Assembly (NCBI GenBank): GCA_938084565.1
Contig: CALKEU010000002.1
Span: 39,501 to 103,500, forward strand
Length of the DNA: 64,000 nucleotides
Direction of reading: 5' to 3'
DNA from: Candidatus Kapaibacterium sp.
GTDB lineage: Bacteria; Bacteroidota; Ignavibacteria; Kapaibacteriales; HRBIN21
Part shown: positions 56,478 to 64,000 of the stretch, one piece after another
Numbering within the stretch: position 1 is the first letter of the stretch
Layout of the letters: every line of letters starts with the position of its first letter
The notes under the pieces: model-generated
Database searches by the model: none
What the model was told of the DNA's origin: nothing
Seen by the model: the letters and a program-made list of their open reading frames with translations, nothing else
Position numbers and translations under genes: made by a program

Positions 56478-57824
56478 ATGGTTCAGATACTGCTCCTGGG
56501 CGGGATAGCCCTCACTACCCATGCGCACCCTACAGTAATAGCGCAGCGGACGCAACGGCACGTGACGCTCTACCACCGTGAGGCTGCCTTTGTGGTGGAC
56601 TTCTATCGGGCTCCCTTGTACAGTGGGTTGACAACCGTTCTCATCCCTGAGCTTCCCCAGACAATTCTCAGCTCGAGCATTGCTGTCCACGCCTCCGAAG
56701 GGCAGATCCTCTGGTACCGTCTTCGGCCGGCTCTGCTGCTCGGGGAGAACACCCTCAGAACTCTCCGGGGCAAGCGTCTCCGCTTTATTACCCCGGATGG
56801 ACAGCAGGTCGTGGAGGGCAGGTTACTGGAAGTGTCGCCATCGTATGCACTCCTCCAAACACCGGCAGGGCTGCTTCTGCTACCCACCCCCACCCAATAC
56901 CGAGTACTGCTCGACGAAGAGGTCTCGGCGCTCAGCTCTCCCCCAGCTCTCTACGTCTTAATCCAGAGCCAACGGAGCGAAGAAAGTCGCCTCATGCTCT
57001 CCTATCTTACCGAGCAGCTCCATTGGAAAATGCTCTATGCTGCCCACCTTCCAACCGAAAGCTCGACGATGTCGCTATGTGGCTTTGCACTGCTGGAGAA
57101 TCAATCGGACATCTCCTACGACTCTGTGAGGGTAAGTTTGGTTGCGGGCCAGCTGCCGAGCAGGACTCCAGAATTCAAGGCTAGGCAATTCCTGCAGGCC
57201 TCTCCGGAACTTCCACCTCCAACGGATCTTGTAGGTCTGTATCGCTACGATCTGCCGGACCCGCTCGTGCTGGGTCCGCGCGAGCAGCTCTGCATACCCC
57301 TCATAGCGTGCGCAGAGGTACCCTTTCGACGTCTCTATACTGTGCGTACCTCCGCCGGATACCATGGGGCGCTACCAGTTTGGCAATCCCTGCAGTTTGT
57401 CAATACCCCTACGTCGGGTCTCGGTCAGCCATTGCCAGCCGGAACTGTCCAAGTAACGGCCGGGGAGGCACATACCTTCCTCGGAGAGACCTCATTGCCC
57501 GAGACACCTATCGGGGACACGATTACACTCGAGCTCGGGCCTGCCTTCGATCTGAAAGCTCAACAGCGCTTGCAGGAGCGGCGGTACCTGTCCGAGCAGA
57601 TTGCGGAGGAAACATACCACCTCACGCTCCTCAACGGAGGCCAGCGAGAAGCTCAAATCGAGATCTTCTTTCGCCTCTGGGGAGAGCAGAATTGGCGCAT
57701 AGTAAGCACCACCCACCCCTACCGATGGCACGATGCAACAACGTTGGCCTTTCGTGTCTCCGTCGGCGCCCGCAGTGAGACCCTCCTTCGGTTTACCCTC
57801 CAGAGCCAGCGCCCTCAACGGTAG
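56478..57824 (+). CDS. DUF4139-family exported protein
   Basis: Signal peptide; VTLYH..A-F-V; LSYLTEQLHW...Y; LENQS; LVAG; Y.Y.LP; GQPLPAG...FLGE. Confidence 0.7.
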   Translation: MVQILLLGGIALTTHAHPTVIAQRTQRHVTLYHREAAFVVDFYRAPLYSGLTTVLIPELPQTILSSSIAVHASEGQILWYRLRPALLLGENTLRTLRGKRLRFITPDGQQVVEGRLLEVSPSYALLQTPAGLLLLPTPTQYRVLLDEEVSALSSPPALYVLIQSQRSEESRLMLSYLTEQLHWKMLYAAHLPTESSTMSLCGFALLENQSDISYDSVRVSLVAGQLPSRTPEFKARQFLQASPELPPPTDLVGLYRYDLPDPLVLGPREQLCIPLIACAEVPFRRLYTVRTSAGYHGALPVWQSLQFVNTPTSGLGQPLPAGTVQVTAGEAHTFLGETSLPETPIGDTITLELGPAFDLKAQQRLQERRYLSEQIAEETYHLTLLNGGQREAQIEIFFRLWGEQNWRIVSTTHPYRWHDATTLAFRVSVGARSETLLRFTLQSQRPQR

Positions 57825-57830
57825 AACTTC

Positions 57831-58784
57831 TCAGCTCGGCTGGCAGACAGCTGCTTCCGCAATCCCAAGATAGCCCCGCCGATCCAGCGTAGCAGCCACA
57901 CCGAAAGGAAGTGCCCACTGCTGACGTGTATGCCCATAAGGCAGTCCACCAAAGCAGGGGACTGCTAGCCGCTGGGCAAAGTCCCGGAGGAGCGTCTCAA
58001 GCGCCGGTTGGGAAAGACGGTACTCCGTACCAGCCGGCAGCTGAAACTCCCCGAACACCAATGCAGATATCCCGCGAAAGGCCTCCGAGAGAAGCAGCTG
58101 TGTGATCATCCGGTCGAGTCGATAGGCCGCCTCGCCCGTATCTTCAACGACAACAATGGCTCCCTCCAGCTTTGGGAAGAGGGCCGTCCCGCAGAGAGCA
58201 CTCCACAAGGTGAGAGTACCACAGAGGAGGGTGCCGCGCAGCCCCGCCGACAGCGCTGCCGAGAGCGGCTGCACCGGATCTGGAATCCGCCCAGGCGCCT
58301 GCGTCGAGGTGAGCAATTGCCAAAACCACGCTTCCCGATCGGGCAGCACAGTCTCAGCCCCCGGTACCAGCGCCGAAATAGTCACCAAGCGCACACGCTG
58401 CCAGAGAGCTATCTGCAGCGCTGTGACGTCAGAAAAGCCTACCAGGAGCTTGGGTGAGCGGGCAATAAGGCGCCAATCGAGGTGGGGCAGTAAACGCATG
58501 CTCCCATAGCCCCCTCGCAGACAGAAGATGGCCGCAATGCGTGGATCGGCGAAGAAGCGATTGAGCTCAGCTGCCCGCTGTTCATCCGTACCTGCCAAAT
58601 AGCCCAGATAGGTGCTCTGAACGTACGGAGAAACTTCTACCCGATACCCGAGCCGTTCGAGGTAGCGGACCACCTGTTCCACCGTTGTCCCATCGACAGG
58701 CGATGCCGGCGCTACCAAACCAATGACATCGCCTCGCCGAAGCGGACGCCCTTTGCGTACAGTGTCTGTGCGGACGGTGCCCAT
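57831..58784 (-). CDS. ldcA: LD-carboxypeptidase (peptidase S66)
   Basis: VAPAS, RGGYG, triad motifs GFSDVT / EDTGE / GHT. Confidence 0.88.
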   Translation of the reverse strand: MGTVRTDTVRKGRPLRRGDVIGLVAPASPVDGTTVEQVVRYLERLGYRVEVSPYVQSTYLGYLAGTDEQRAAELNRFFADPRIAAIFCLRGGYGSMRLLPHLDWRLIARSPKLLVGFSDVTALQIALWQRVRLVTISALVPGAETVLPDREAWFWQLLTSTQAPGRIPDPVQPLSAALSAGLRGTLLCGTLTLWSALCGTALFPKLEGAIVVVEDTGEAAYRLDRMITQLLLSEAFRGISALVFGEFQLPAGTEYRLSQPALETLLRDFAQRLAVPCFGGLPYGHTRQQWALPFGVAATLDRRGYLGIAEAAVCQPS

Positions 58785-58785
58785 C

Positions 58786-61700
58786 CTACAACCTCACCTG
58801 CACTTGCCCACTGAGTGTATACCACCACGGATACCCTGGCGCTCGCACGGCCTGGTATTGAAATACCCACACTGTGGAGCCAGCCTCATATTGGAAGCTG
58901 CCCGAGAGGCTCGTTCCAGCCTCAAGGCTACTCAGCAACCACATCCCGTGGACCACAGCGGGCCGCACCAAGCCAGAACGGAGAACAATTGCTATCCTCC
59001 AGCGATCCAGGAGTTGCCCACTGAGGGAGAGTCCACCGGAGAGATTTGTCAGCTCGGCCGCACGCTGCTCCGCGATCCATCCATAAAGCAGCCGCAGTTG
59101 CGGTGCCAGCGTCAGCTGTCTCATCTGCCACGTCACCCCCACTCCGGCCCGCAGGGCACGCACACTCACGTGCTGTCCGGGTCCTGAGAAGGAGCGGATC
59201 TCTTCCCATACCGGTCCTGCGTTTCCAAGGAACCGGAGCAACGGAGCTATCGGCGTCTGGAATTGGGCCTCACCGCTGGCACGGTTTCTCCGCTCCCAGC
59301 CCGTGCCCAGCCAGAGGACCAGCCCTGACCATTCACCCCGGAGAGCTCCTTCCCATGAGGTCCCGTATAGACGCAACTGCTGCTCGGCCATCCATTGGGT
59401 TGTCATCACGGTTGTATCGCCTGTTCGGCGGGGAAGAGCGGCACTCCACCACGGTGCGCGCAACCGCCCACGCTGGACCAAGCTCAACCGCCCCTGCCAC
59501 TCAGCCTGAGACCAAACAGCCGTAGCCACAGCCCAACTCCAAGAGGCCTCAGCACGGATGCCCGTTCCAAGCCTATCCTCTGCGCGCATTGGCACCATGA
59601 CATACTCGCCACCGACGGGAACAGGCTCAAATTCCGAAGCATCCGGACTCCCATTGCCATTGAGGTCGCCCCGGTATCGATATCCCCCTTGGCCCGGCAG
59701 AACGCGGAGGAACACAGGCACCAAAGTCCCCGAGAGCCCACCGCTGGCCTCATAGAGCCACTGCAGCATGCCCCGTGAACCCATGCGCCAATTCCCCTGC
59801 CAGAGCAGCAGAGGGAATCCACCCCGAGAGCTCCGCCCCTGCCCGAGAATGTTCCAGCCAGCCCGTAGATGGGCGCTCTGCTCTGCACGAGTCCACCGCA
59901 GCCATACAGCTGGTTGCCCCCACCATGAACCTGGCCAAGGTTCCCTCTGCCACCGCCATGGCAGATGCAATTCTACCGCCATCGAGGGCATCGGAGCCCA
60001 CTGCCCCATGAGCTGTCCTTCCATCCACTGCGGGCTATCCTCTACGGCATATCCGCCCCAATTGAGGCGCAGCTCACCCCTCCACAGCCAGACCCCCGTG
60101 CGAGCTAACCCCATAAGGGTAAGCCGGTGCCATAGCCCTGGATCCCCCTCCTGCCCTACCACACGTCCACCGCTATAAACAACACTGGTACGAGTGCTCT
60201 CCGCCGGTACGACCTCCACAAGTGTGGCCCACCGCACAGCCGTCAGAAGACCCGCATAGCGTTGCCAGCCCAGCATTGCCTCCCCGTAGAGCGGGCCCCC
60301 GCGCAGCCGTAGACGCTGCTCAAGCGTTACCCGTTCCGTAGCTGACTGCTCAGCCGAAGGGGGCATCTGCCAGGCAAAGGCCCGATGCTCTAGCTCCGCC
60401 GTTGTCCGATCTGCCCACGCTGCTGCTCGCCATCGGAGCGCACTTTCCCAGACTACAGGAGATCTGGCCGTATCGGGCTGCACTGTATAGAGCGCCCGTA
60501 GACTGACTCCCCCACCGGAGAGCCACTCTGCATGACGCCGATACGGCTGCAGGCGGTCGAGCTGCCCGGAGAGCTCTGTCTGCCAGCCCCCACCTGACTT
60601 CCATCCCCAGCTGAGCTCCCAGTGCTGCCGCTGCGATGGCAAAGGGACAAATCGTAGGGGTGCATAGCTTCCCTTCCCTTGCCCCACGTATCGGAAGGCT
60701 CCAAATCCAAGCGGTTCGTAAGCTCCTCGCCCCTGTCCGACGTAGCTGAACTCAACCATGTAAGTAGCCTCTGGAGCGCCAGGAGCATACTGCCATACGG
60801 ACACGGGCACAGCGCCATCGAGTGTATCGCGGCGCCGGTACCAGCCACGCCCACGGCCACTGAGGGAATCCACCCCAACCCACGTTGCCCCATCGAGCAC
60901 GGCATATCCACTCCCGTCACGCACCATGGGTTTGCCATCCCAGGCAATTTCGTACAGCGGCGTAATGAAGCTCTGCACGTAGCCAGCACTCCAGAACTGT
61001 GTCGTCGTAGGAGCCCCCTGCAGCCTAAGGCAGAAAAGCGTCTGAAGGCGCCCCTCTTCCATGAGGGCATATTCGACTACGATCTGCGAAGCTGCGCTAA
61101 GGGGGCGTCGCGGGCGAAAGGTCAGCTCGCCCCGCCAGTAATCGATGACATAGTCTCTGTCCTCCCCCCGTTCTTGGAGGACACCATCGACCCAGACACG
61201 TTCGCTGCCAGGAACGAGGGCACCGACAGCTTCTCCCCGGCGGAGCCGATAGGGCCCCGGCACCCCATCGATGGGCTGGATACGCACGGTGACTGTCCGC
61301 GCGGCAGCATGCCCGAGCAGCATATCGAGCTTCCACCCACCAAGCTGTGCTGCCGCCTCTATTCCCGTGACTCGCTCAACACCGGTGCTCCCCCGTACCG
61401 ACAGAGGAACTGCCAGCTGCCCCACCTCTGCCTGAAACGTTCCTGAGCGGACAGAGAGCGCAACCTGCTCCGACTCCGTCAATGGGAGCGTTGCTCCCTC
61501 ACCTGTTATCGGCATCTGCTCGGCCACAATACGCCCCCCGAACTCGGCCTGCCCGGCAAGCTGGGCCCGAAAGTTCGCCTCAATGCCGGACTGCAGTATG
61601 AGCCCGGACCCCTTCTGCACGGTGAAGCCCCGCACGAATCTGCCCTCCGCCTGCACATTTACCCCTGAATCGGCCCCTCCCGCTCCGGACGGACCTGGGC

Positions 61701-62070
61701 CGAGAGCCAGCGGGATTGCCATCTGTTCAGCACCGCGAGGTTGGATGAACAGAGGCACGTAGCGAGCGCTTATCCACAGCCATACTGTATCCCGATACCG
61801 GAACAGACGCCGAAAGAAGGGCGTCAGCCGCACGATCCCATGACGGGCATCCAACTGGTAATCCAACCGAGCCTGCAGCGCATACAGGGAATCCAGTAAC
61901 AGCGTCAGCTCCTGCACAAAAGGCACCCCGAGGTAGAGCACAGAATCGCAGGCCGTCACCGACATCCTGTGCTGCAGTTCGGGTAACTCGTGTGCCGCCA
62001 CAACAAGAGAGACCACCGCAGGGAGAGGACTCCACCATCGCTGCCGGGGCATTCTCCCTGCCCATCCCAA
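58786..62070 (-). CDS. Large (1094 aa) probable outer-membrane protein with an SprA-like internal motif
   Basis: Trp/Gly-rich amphipathic strands; GPYRL...PGSERVWVDG...DYVIDYWRGELTF; DLNGNG Ca-binding-like loop. Confidence 0.6.
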   Translation of the reverse strand: MGWAGRMPRQRWWSPLPAVVSLVVAAHELPELQHRMSVTACDSVLYLGVPFVQELTLLLDSLYALQARLDYQLDARHGIVRLTPFFRRLFRYRDTVWLWISARYVPLFIQPRGAEQMAIPLALGPGPSGAGGADSGVNVQAEGRFVRGFTVQKGSGLILQSGIEANFRAQLAGQAEFGGRIVAEQMPITGEGATLPLTESEQVALSVRSGTFQAEVGQLAVPLSVRGSTGVERVTGIEAAAQLGGWKLDMLLGHAAARTVTVRIQPIDGVPGPYRLRRGEAVGALVPGSERVWVDGVLQERGEDRDYVIDYWRGELTFRPRRPLSAASQIVVEYALMEEGRLQTLFCLRLQGAPTTTQFWSAGYVQSFITPLYEIAWDGKPMVRDGSGYAVLDGATWVGVDSLSGRGRGWYRRRDTLDGAVPVSVWQYAPGAPEATYMVEFSYVGQGRGAYEPLGFGAFRYVGQGKGSYAPLRFVPLPSQRQHWELSWGWKSGGGWQTELSGQLDRLQPYRRHAEWLSGGGVSLRALYTVQPDTARSPVVWESALRWRAAAWADRTTAELEHRAFAWQMPPSAEQSATERVTLEQRLRLRGGPLYGEAMLGWQRYAGLLTAVRWATLVEVVPAESTRTSVVYSGGRVVGQEGDPGLWHRLTLMGLARTGVWLWRGELRLNWGGYAVEDSPQWMEGQLMGQWAPMPSMAVELHLPWRWQREPWPGSWWGQPAVWLRWTRAEQSAHLRAGWNILGQGRSSRGGFPLLLWQGNWRMGSRGMLQWLYEASGGLSGTLVPVFLRVLPGQGGYRYRGDLNGNGSPDASEFEPVPVGGEYVMVPMRAEDRLGTGIRAEASWSWAVATAVWSQAEWQGRLSLVQRGRLRAPWWSAALPRRTGDTTVMTTQWMAEQQLRLYGTSWEGALRGEWSGLVLWLGTGWERRNRASGEAQFQTPIAPLLRFLGNAGPVWEEIRSFSGPGQHVSVRALRAGVGVTWQMRQLTLAPQLRLLYGWIAEQRAAELTNLSGGLSLSGQLLDRWRIAIVLRSGLVRPAVVHGMWLLSSLEAGTSLSGSFQYEAGSTVWVFQYQAVRAPGYPWWYTLSGQVQVRL

Positions 62071-62073
62071 CGG

Positions 62074-63081
62074 CTACGACTCCTGTAGGCGAAAGCTCTG
62101 GACCACTCGCTCAAATACCGGACGATAGACGCTCTCTTCGGGCTTGTACCAGGTCACGACGATCCGATAAAGGCGCATGTTCCCAAGCAGGAAGTAGGCC
62201 CGCCCTTGTACTTGTGCTGCGGGGGTATAGTCGAGGTAGTAGGCCTCACGATCGGACAGGCGCACCGGAACGGCTTCTGCAGCGCGGTAGCGCGGGCGGT
62301 TCTCCTCGACAATCTTCCGCAAATCCCGCTGTTGCGATGCATCGAAGACATCCACTTGCACAATACAGTCATTGCGGTCGCCCACGAAGCGGACCGAAAA
62401 GAGCGAGCCAGCCACGCTCGTCCGCTCTGCACGGAAATTCTCTGGCACTTGGATGCTGAAACCTTGGCCACTGTAGTTGCGCAGTGTCTGCGACGGAGGA
62501 GCCGGCTGCGCTGGCGTTGTAGGCGTCTGCACGGGAGCAGGTTCTCGAGCCAGAGTTATGGTGGCGACAATCGTATCGAAGAGGGCCCGATAGGACGGGA
62601 ATGTGCCACCGAAGGCAGCCACTTCGAGGACAGTAGCCAGCTTTCCATCAGCCGAAGCAACGTAGAGCTCTCCCTCAGCATCGCCATCCCGGAGGGGGAA
62701 GCGGAAATGTACCTTCCGCCCTTCAACCCCCCCGATGCGCACACTCTCAACGGGCGAGTAGACCTCGTCGGCAAAAATCTTCCGCTCGCTCAGGATGCTG
62801 TCAATCCCCTTGCCCTCGAGCGGCAGGACCGTGACCTCAATTTTGGCCGCTGCTGGACCTTCCGCATCCCAGCGCACGAAGCGCTCAAGAGCGGCCTCAT
62901 GAGAGAGCACGAGAAAGCTCTCCCCTACTGCCGTCCGCACCTGCCAGTTCCGAGGGTAGAGGATCGTAAAGCCCACTGCCGGATCCGTATACTGTTGCAT
63001 CCCTTCGATGGGGGCTGGCTTCGGCGCAGGCTGACATGCCGCAAGCATTCCGAGGGCTCCCACGATGCACCACAGAAGCAT
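62074..63081 (-). CDS. Lipoprotein with two PsbP-like domains
   Basis: Lipobox LAA-C; YTDPAVGFTILYPRNW and YSGQGFSIQVPENF repeats; each unit ends with FDTIVATI / FERVVQSF; Pro/Thr linker. Confidence 0.65.
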   Translation of the reverse strand: MLLWCIVGALGMLAACQPAPKPAPIEGMQQYTDPAVGFTILYPRNWQVRTAVGESFLVLSHEAALERFVRWDAEGPAAAKIEVTVLPLEGKGIDSILSERKIFADEVYSPVESVRIGGVEGRKVHFRFPLRDGDAEGELYVASADGKLATVLEVAAFGGTFPSYRALFDTIVATITLAREPAPVQTPTTPAQPAPPSQTLRNYSGQGFSIQVPENFRAERTSVAGSLFSVRFVGDRNDCIVQVDVFDASQQRDLRKIVEENRPRYRAAEAVPVRLSDREAYYLDYTPAAQVQGRAYFLLGNMRLYRIVVTWYKPEESVYRPVFERVVQSFRLQES

Positions 63082-63130
63082 GGGAAACTCCCTTGACAGT
63101 CGACAGGCTCCTACAGCTGCGAAAATACAT

Positions 63131-63150
63131 AAAACCGCTCAGGGGCGGTC
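63131..63150 (-). terminator. Intrinsic terminator after mutY
   Basis: ACCGC(C)-CCTG-(A)GCGGT stem followed by TTTT on the minus strand, about 12 nt after the stop. Confidence 0.55.
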
Positions 63151-63161
63151 AGCGCTGGGAG

Positions 63162-64000
63162 CTAATCCGGCAAGCAGAGTCGGTCATCACGGCAGCAGAG
63201 GAGCCCATCACGGCACAAGGATGCGGCAACTTCTCGAAGCCATGCGCGTTGGTGCGCTGTCGGCTGTAGCCCGAAGAGCGCCTGCGCTGCCTCCTCCCAG
63301 CAGAGTTCTCCCGTAGCGGCCACCGCCCGCAGGAGCTGCCCCCGCCATAGCCGACGGGGAACCCCCTCGAAACATGGTTCGCTGGTAGCCCTTCTGCTAC
63401 CTTCTCCCCCTTGCCCTGCTGAGAGGCACCACCGTCGCAGAGGGCAGCGCATACATTGCGGCTGACGCCGATGGCAATAGAGGGCCCCAAGGTCCATGAG
63501 CCCCTGATGCCACTGCACGGAGTACCCTGTTGGGATGAGCTCTCGCGCCCTCTGCTCTATCTGCCGGGAAGAGGCACCATGCAGCCCAAGCAGCCGCCGG
63601 AGAACGCGGTCGACATTGGTATCCACAACCGGCACATCCTGCCGCCCAAAAGCAAAGGTTGCCACCGCAGCTGCCGTGTAAGGCCCAACTCCAGGCAAAC
63701 GGCGTAACTTTTCCGGCTCTGAAGGAAGCTGCCCGCCATAGCGTGCCACGACGATACGGGCACACTCCCACAGATGGCGGGCCCGACGGTTATATCCCAA
63801 CCCCTGCCAGGCTTGCAGAACGTCGGCCAGTCGAGCCACTGCCAGGCTCTCCAGAGTAGGGAAGCGCTGCAGAAAGAGTGGCGCAAGACGCTGGACGCGG
63901 TCTACCTGGGTCTGCTGTAACATGACCTCCACCACCAGCACCTGGTAGGGATCCATCGGCTGCTGACGCCACCAGAGTGGGCGAGCATTGCGAGCATACC
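63162..64000 (-). CDS. mutY: A/G-specific adenine glycosylase MutY (5'-truncated by window edge; short form)
   Basis: Frame is open past 64000 (YARNARPLWWR); EVMLQQTQV, GLGYNRRA, LPGVGPYTA, VDTNV, [4Fe-4S] motif C-x6-C-x2-C-x5-C. Confidence 0.92.
   Translation of the reverse strand, partial: YARNARPLWWRQQPMDPYQVLVVEVMLQQTQVDRVQRLAPLFLQRFPTLESLAVARLADVLQAWQGLGYNRRARHLWECARIVVARYGGQLPSEPEKLRRLPGVGPYTAAAVATFAFGRQDVPVVDTNVDRVLRRLLGLHGASSRQIEQRARELIPTGYSVQWHQGLMDLGALYCHRRQPQCMRCPLRRWCLSAGQGGEGSRRATSEPCFEGVPRRLWRGQLLRAVAATGELCWEEAAQALFGLQPTAHQRAWLREVAASLCRDGLLCCRDDRLCLPD

Noticed and set aside
1-64000. Visually frequent GAGCTC and CTCGAG hexamers
   Set aside because: Explained by preferred GAG (Glu) and CTC (Leu) codons in EL/LE dipeptides; not counted, and there is no sign of an uptake or repeat element.

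Overview
This is a gene-dense, GC-rich 64 kb chromosomal segment with about 55 CDSs. I found no rRNA, tRNA, CRISPR array, IS element or prophage. Several features point to the Bacteroidota/Chlorobi/Ignavibacteria/Kapabacteria (FCB) lineage, which is an inference: TAnnTTTG promoter elements, three proteins with T9SS-like C-terminal sorting tails, a fused alpha/beta 2-oxoacid dehydrogenase E1 and an alternative GlmU-like protein. Contents in order: the end of a flagellar export operon (fliG-fliH-fliI-fliJ-ylxF/motE-like); glgP; hflX; secreted propeller and DUF4397 proteins; a motB-fliW-csrA-receiver cluster; lysE-rsgA; a minus-strand cassette of nhaA, flippase, methyltransferase, two GNATs, a deacetylase and a TonB receptor; fused E1; GT2-purB; two paralogous lipoproteins with dapA; rlpA; accC-gcvH-esterase; murA-envC-like; two tandem lipoprotein cytochromes c; a lexA-like gene divergent from mraZ-rsmH; MBL-rhodanese, glmU-like and pyrG; a TRAP transporter; an Omp28-like T9SS protein; uvrB; queA; ldcA; a 1094-aa outer-membrane protein; a PsbP-like lipoprotein; and mutY. 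The most striking signal is a LexA homolog that has lost both catalytic residues (Ser->Gly, Lys->Arg). It lies just downstream of two GAAC-N4-GTTC-type boxes and head-to-head with an mraZ-rsmH pair detached from the dcw cluster. Other strong signals are a 123-bp apparent gene-conversion tract between the tandem cytochromes, a glycan-tailoring cassette with no glycosyltransferase that is translationally coupled to a TonB receptor, and a large outer-membrane protein with an SprA-like motif. All family assignments come from motif recognition by eye; no database searches were run.
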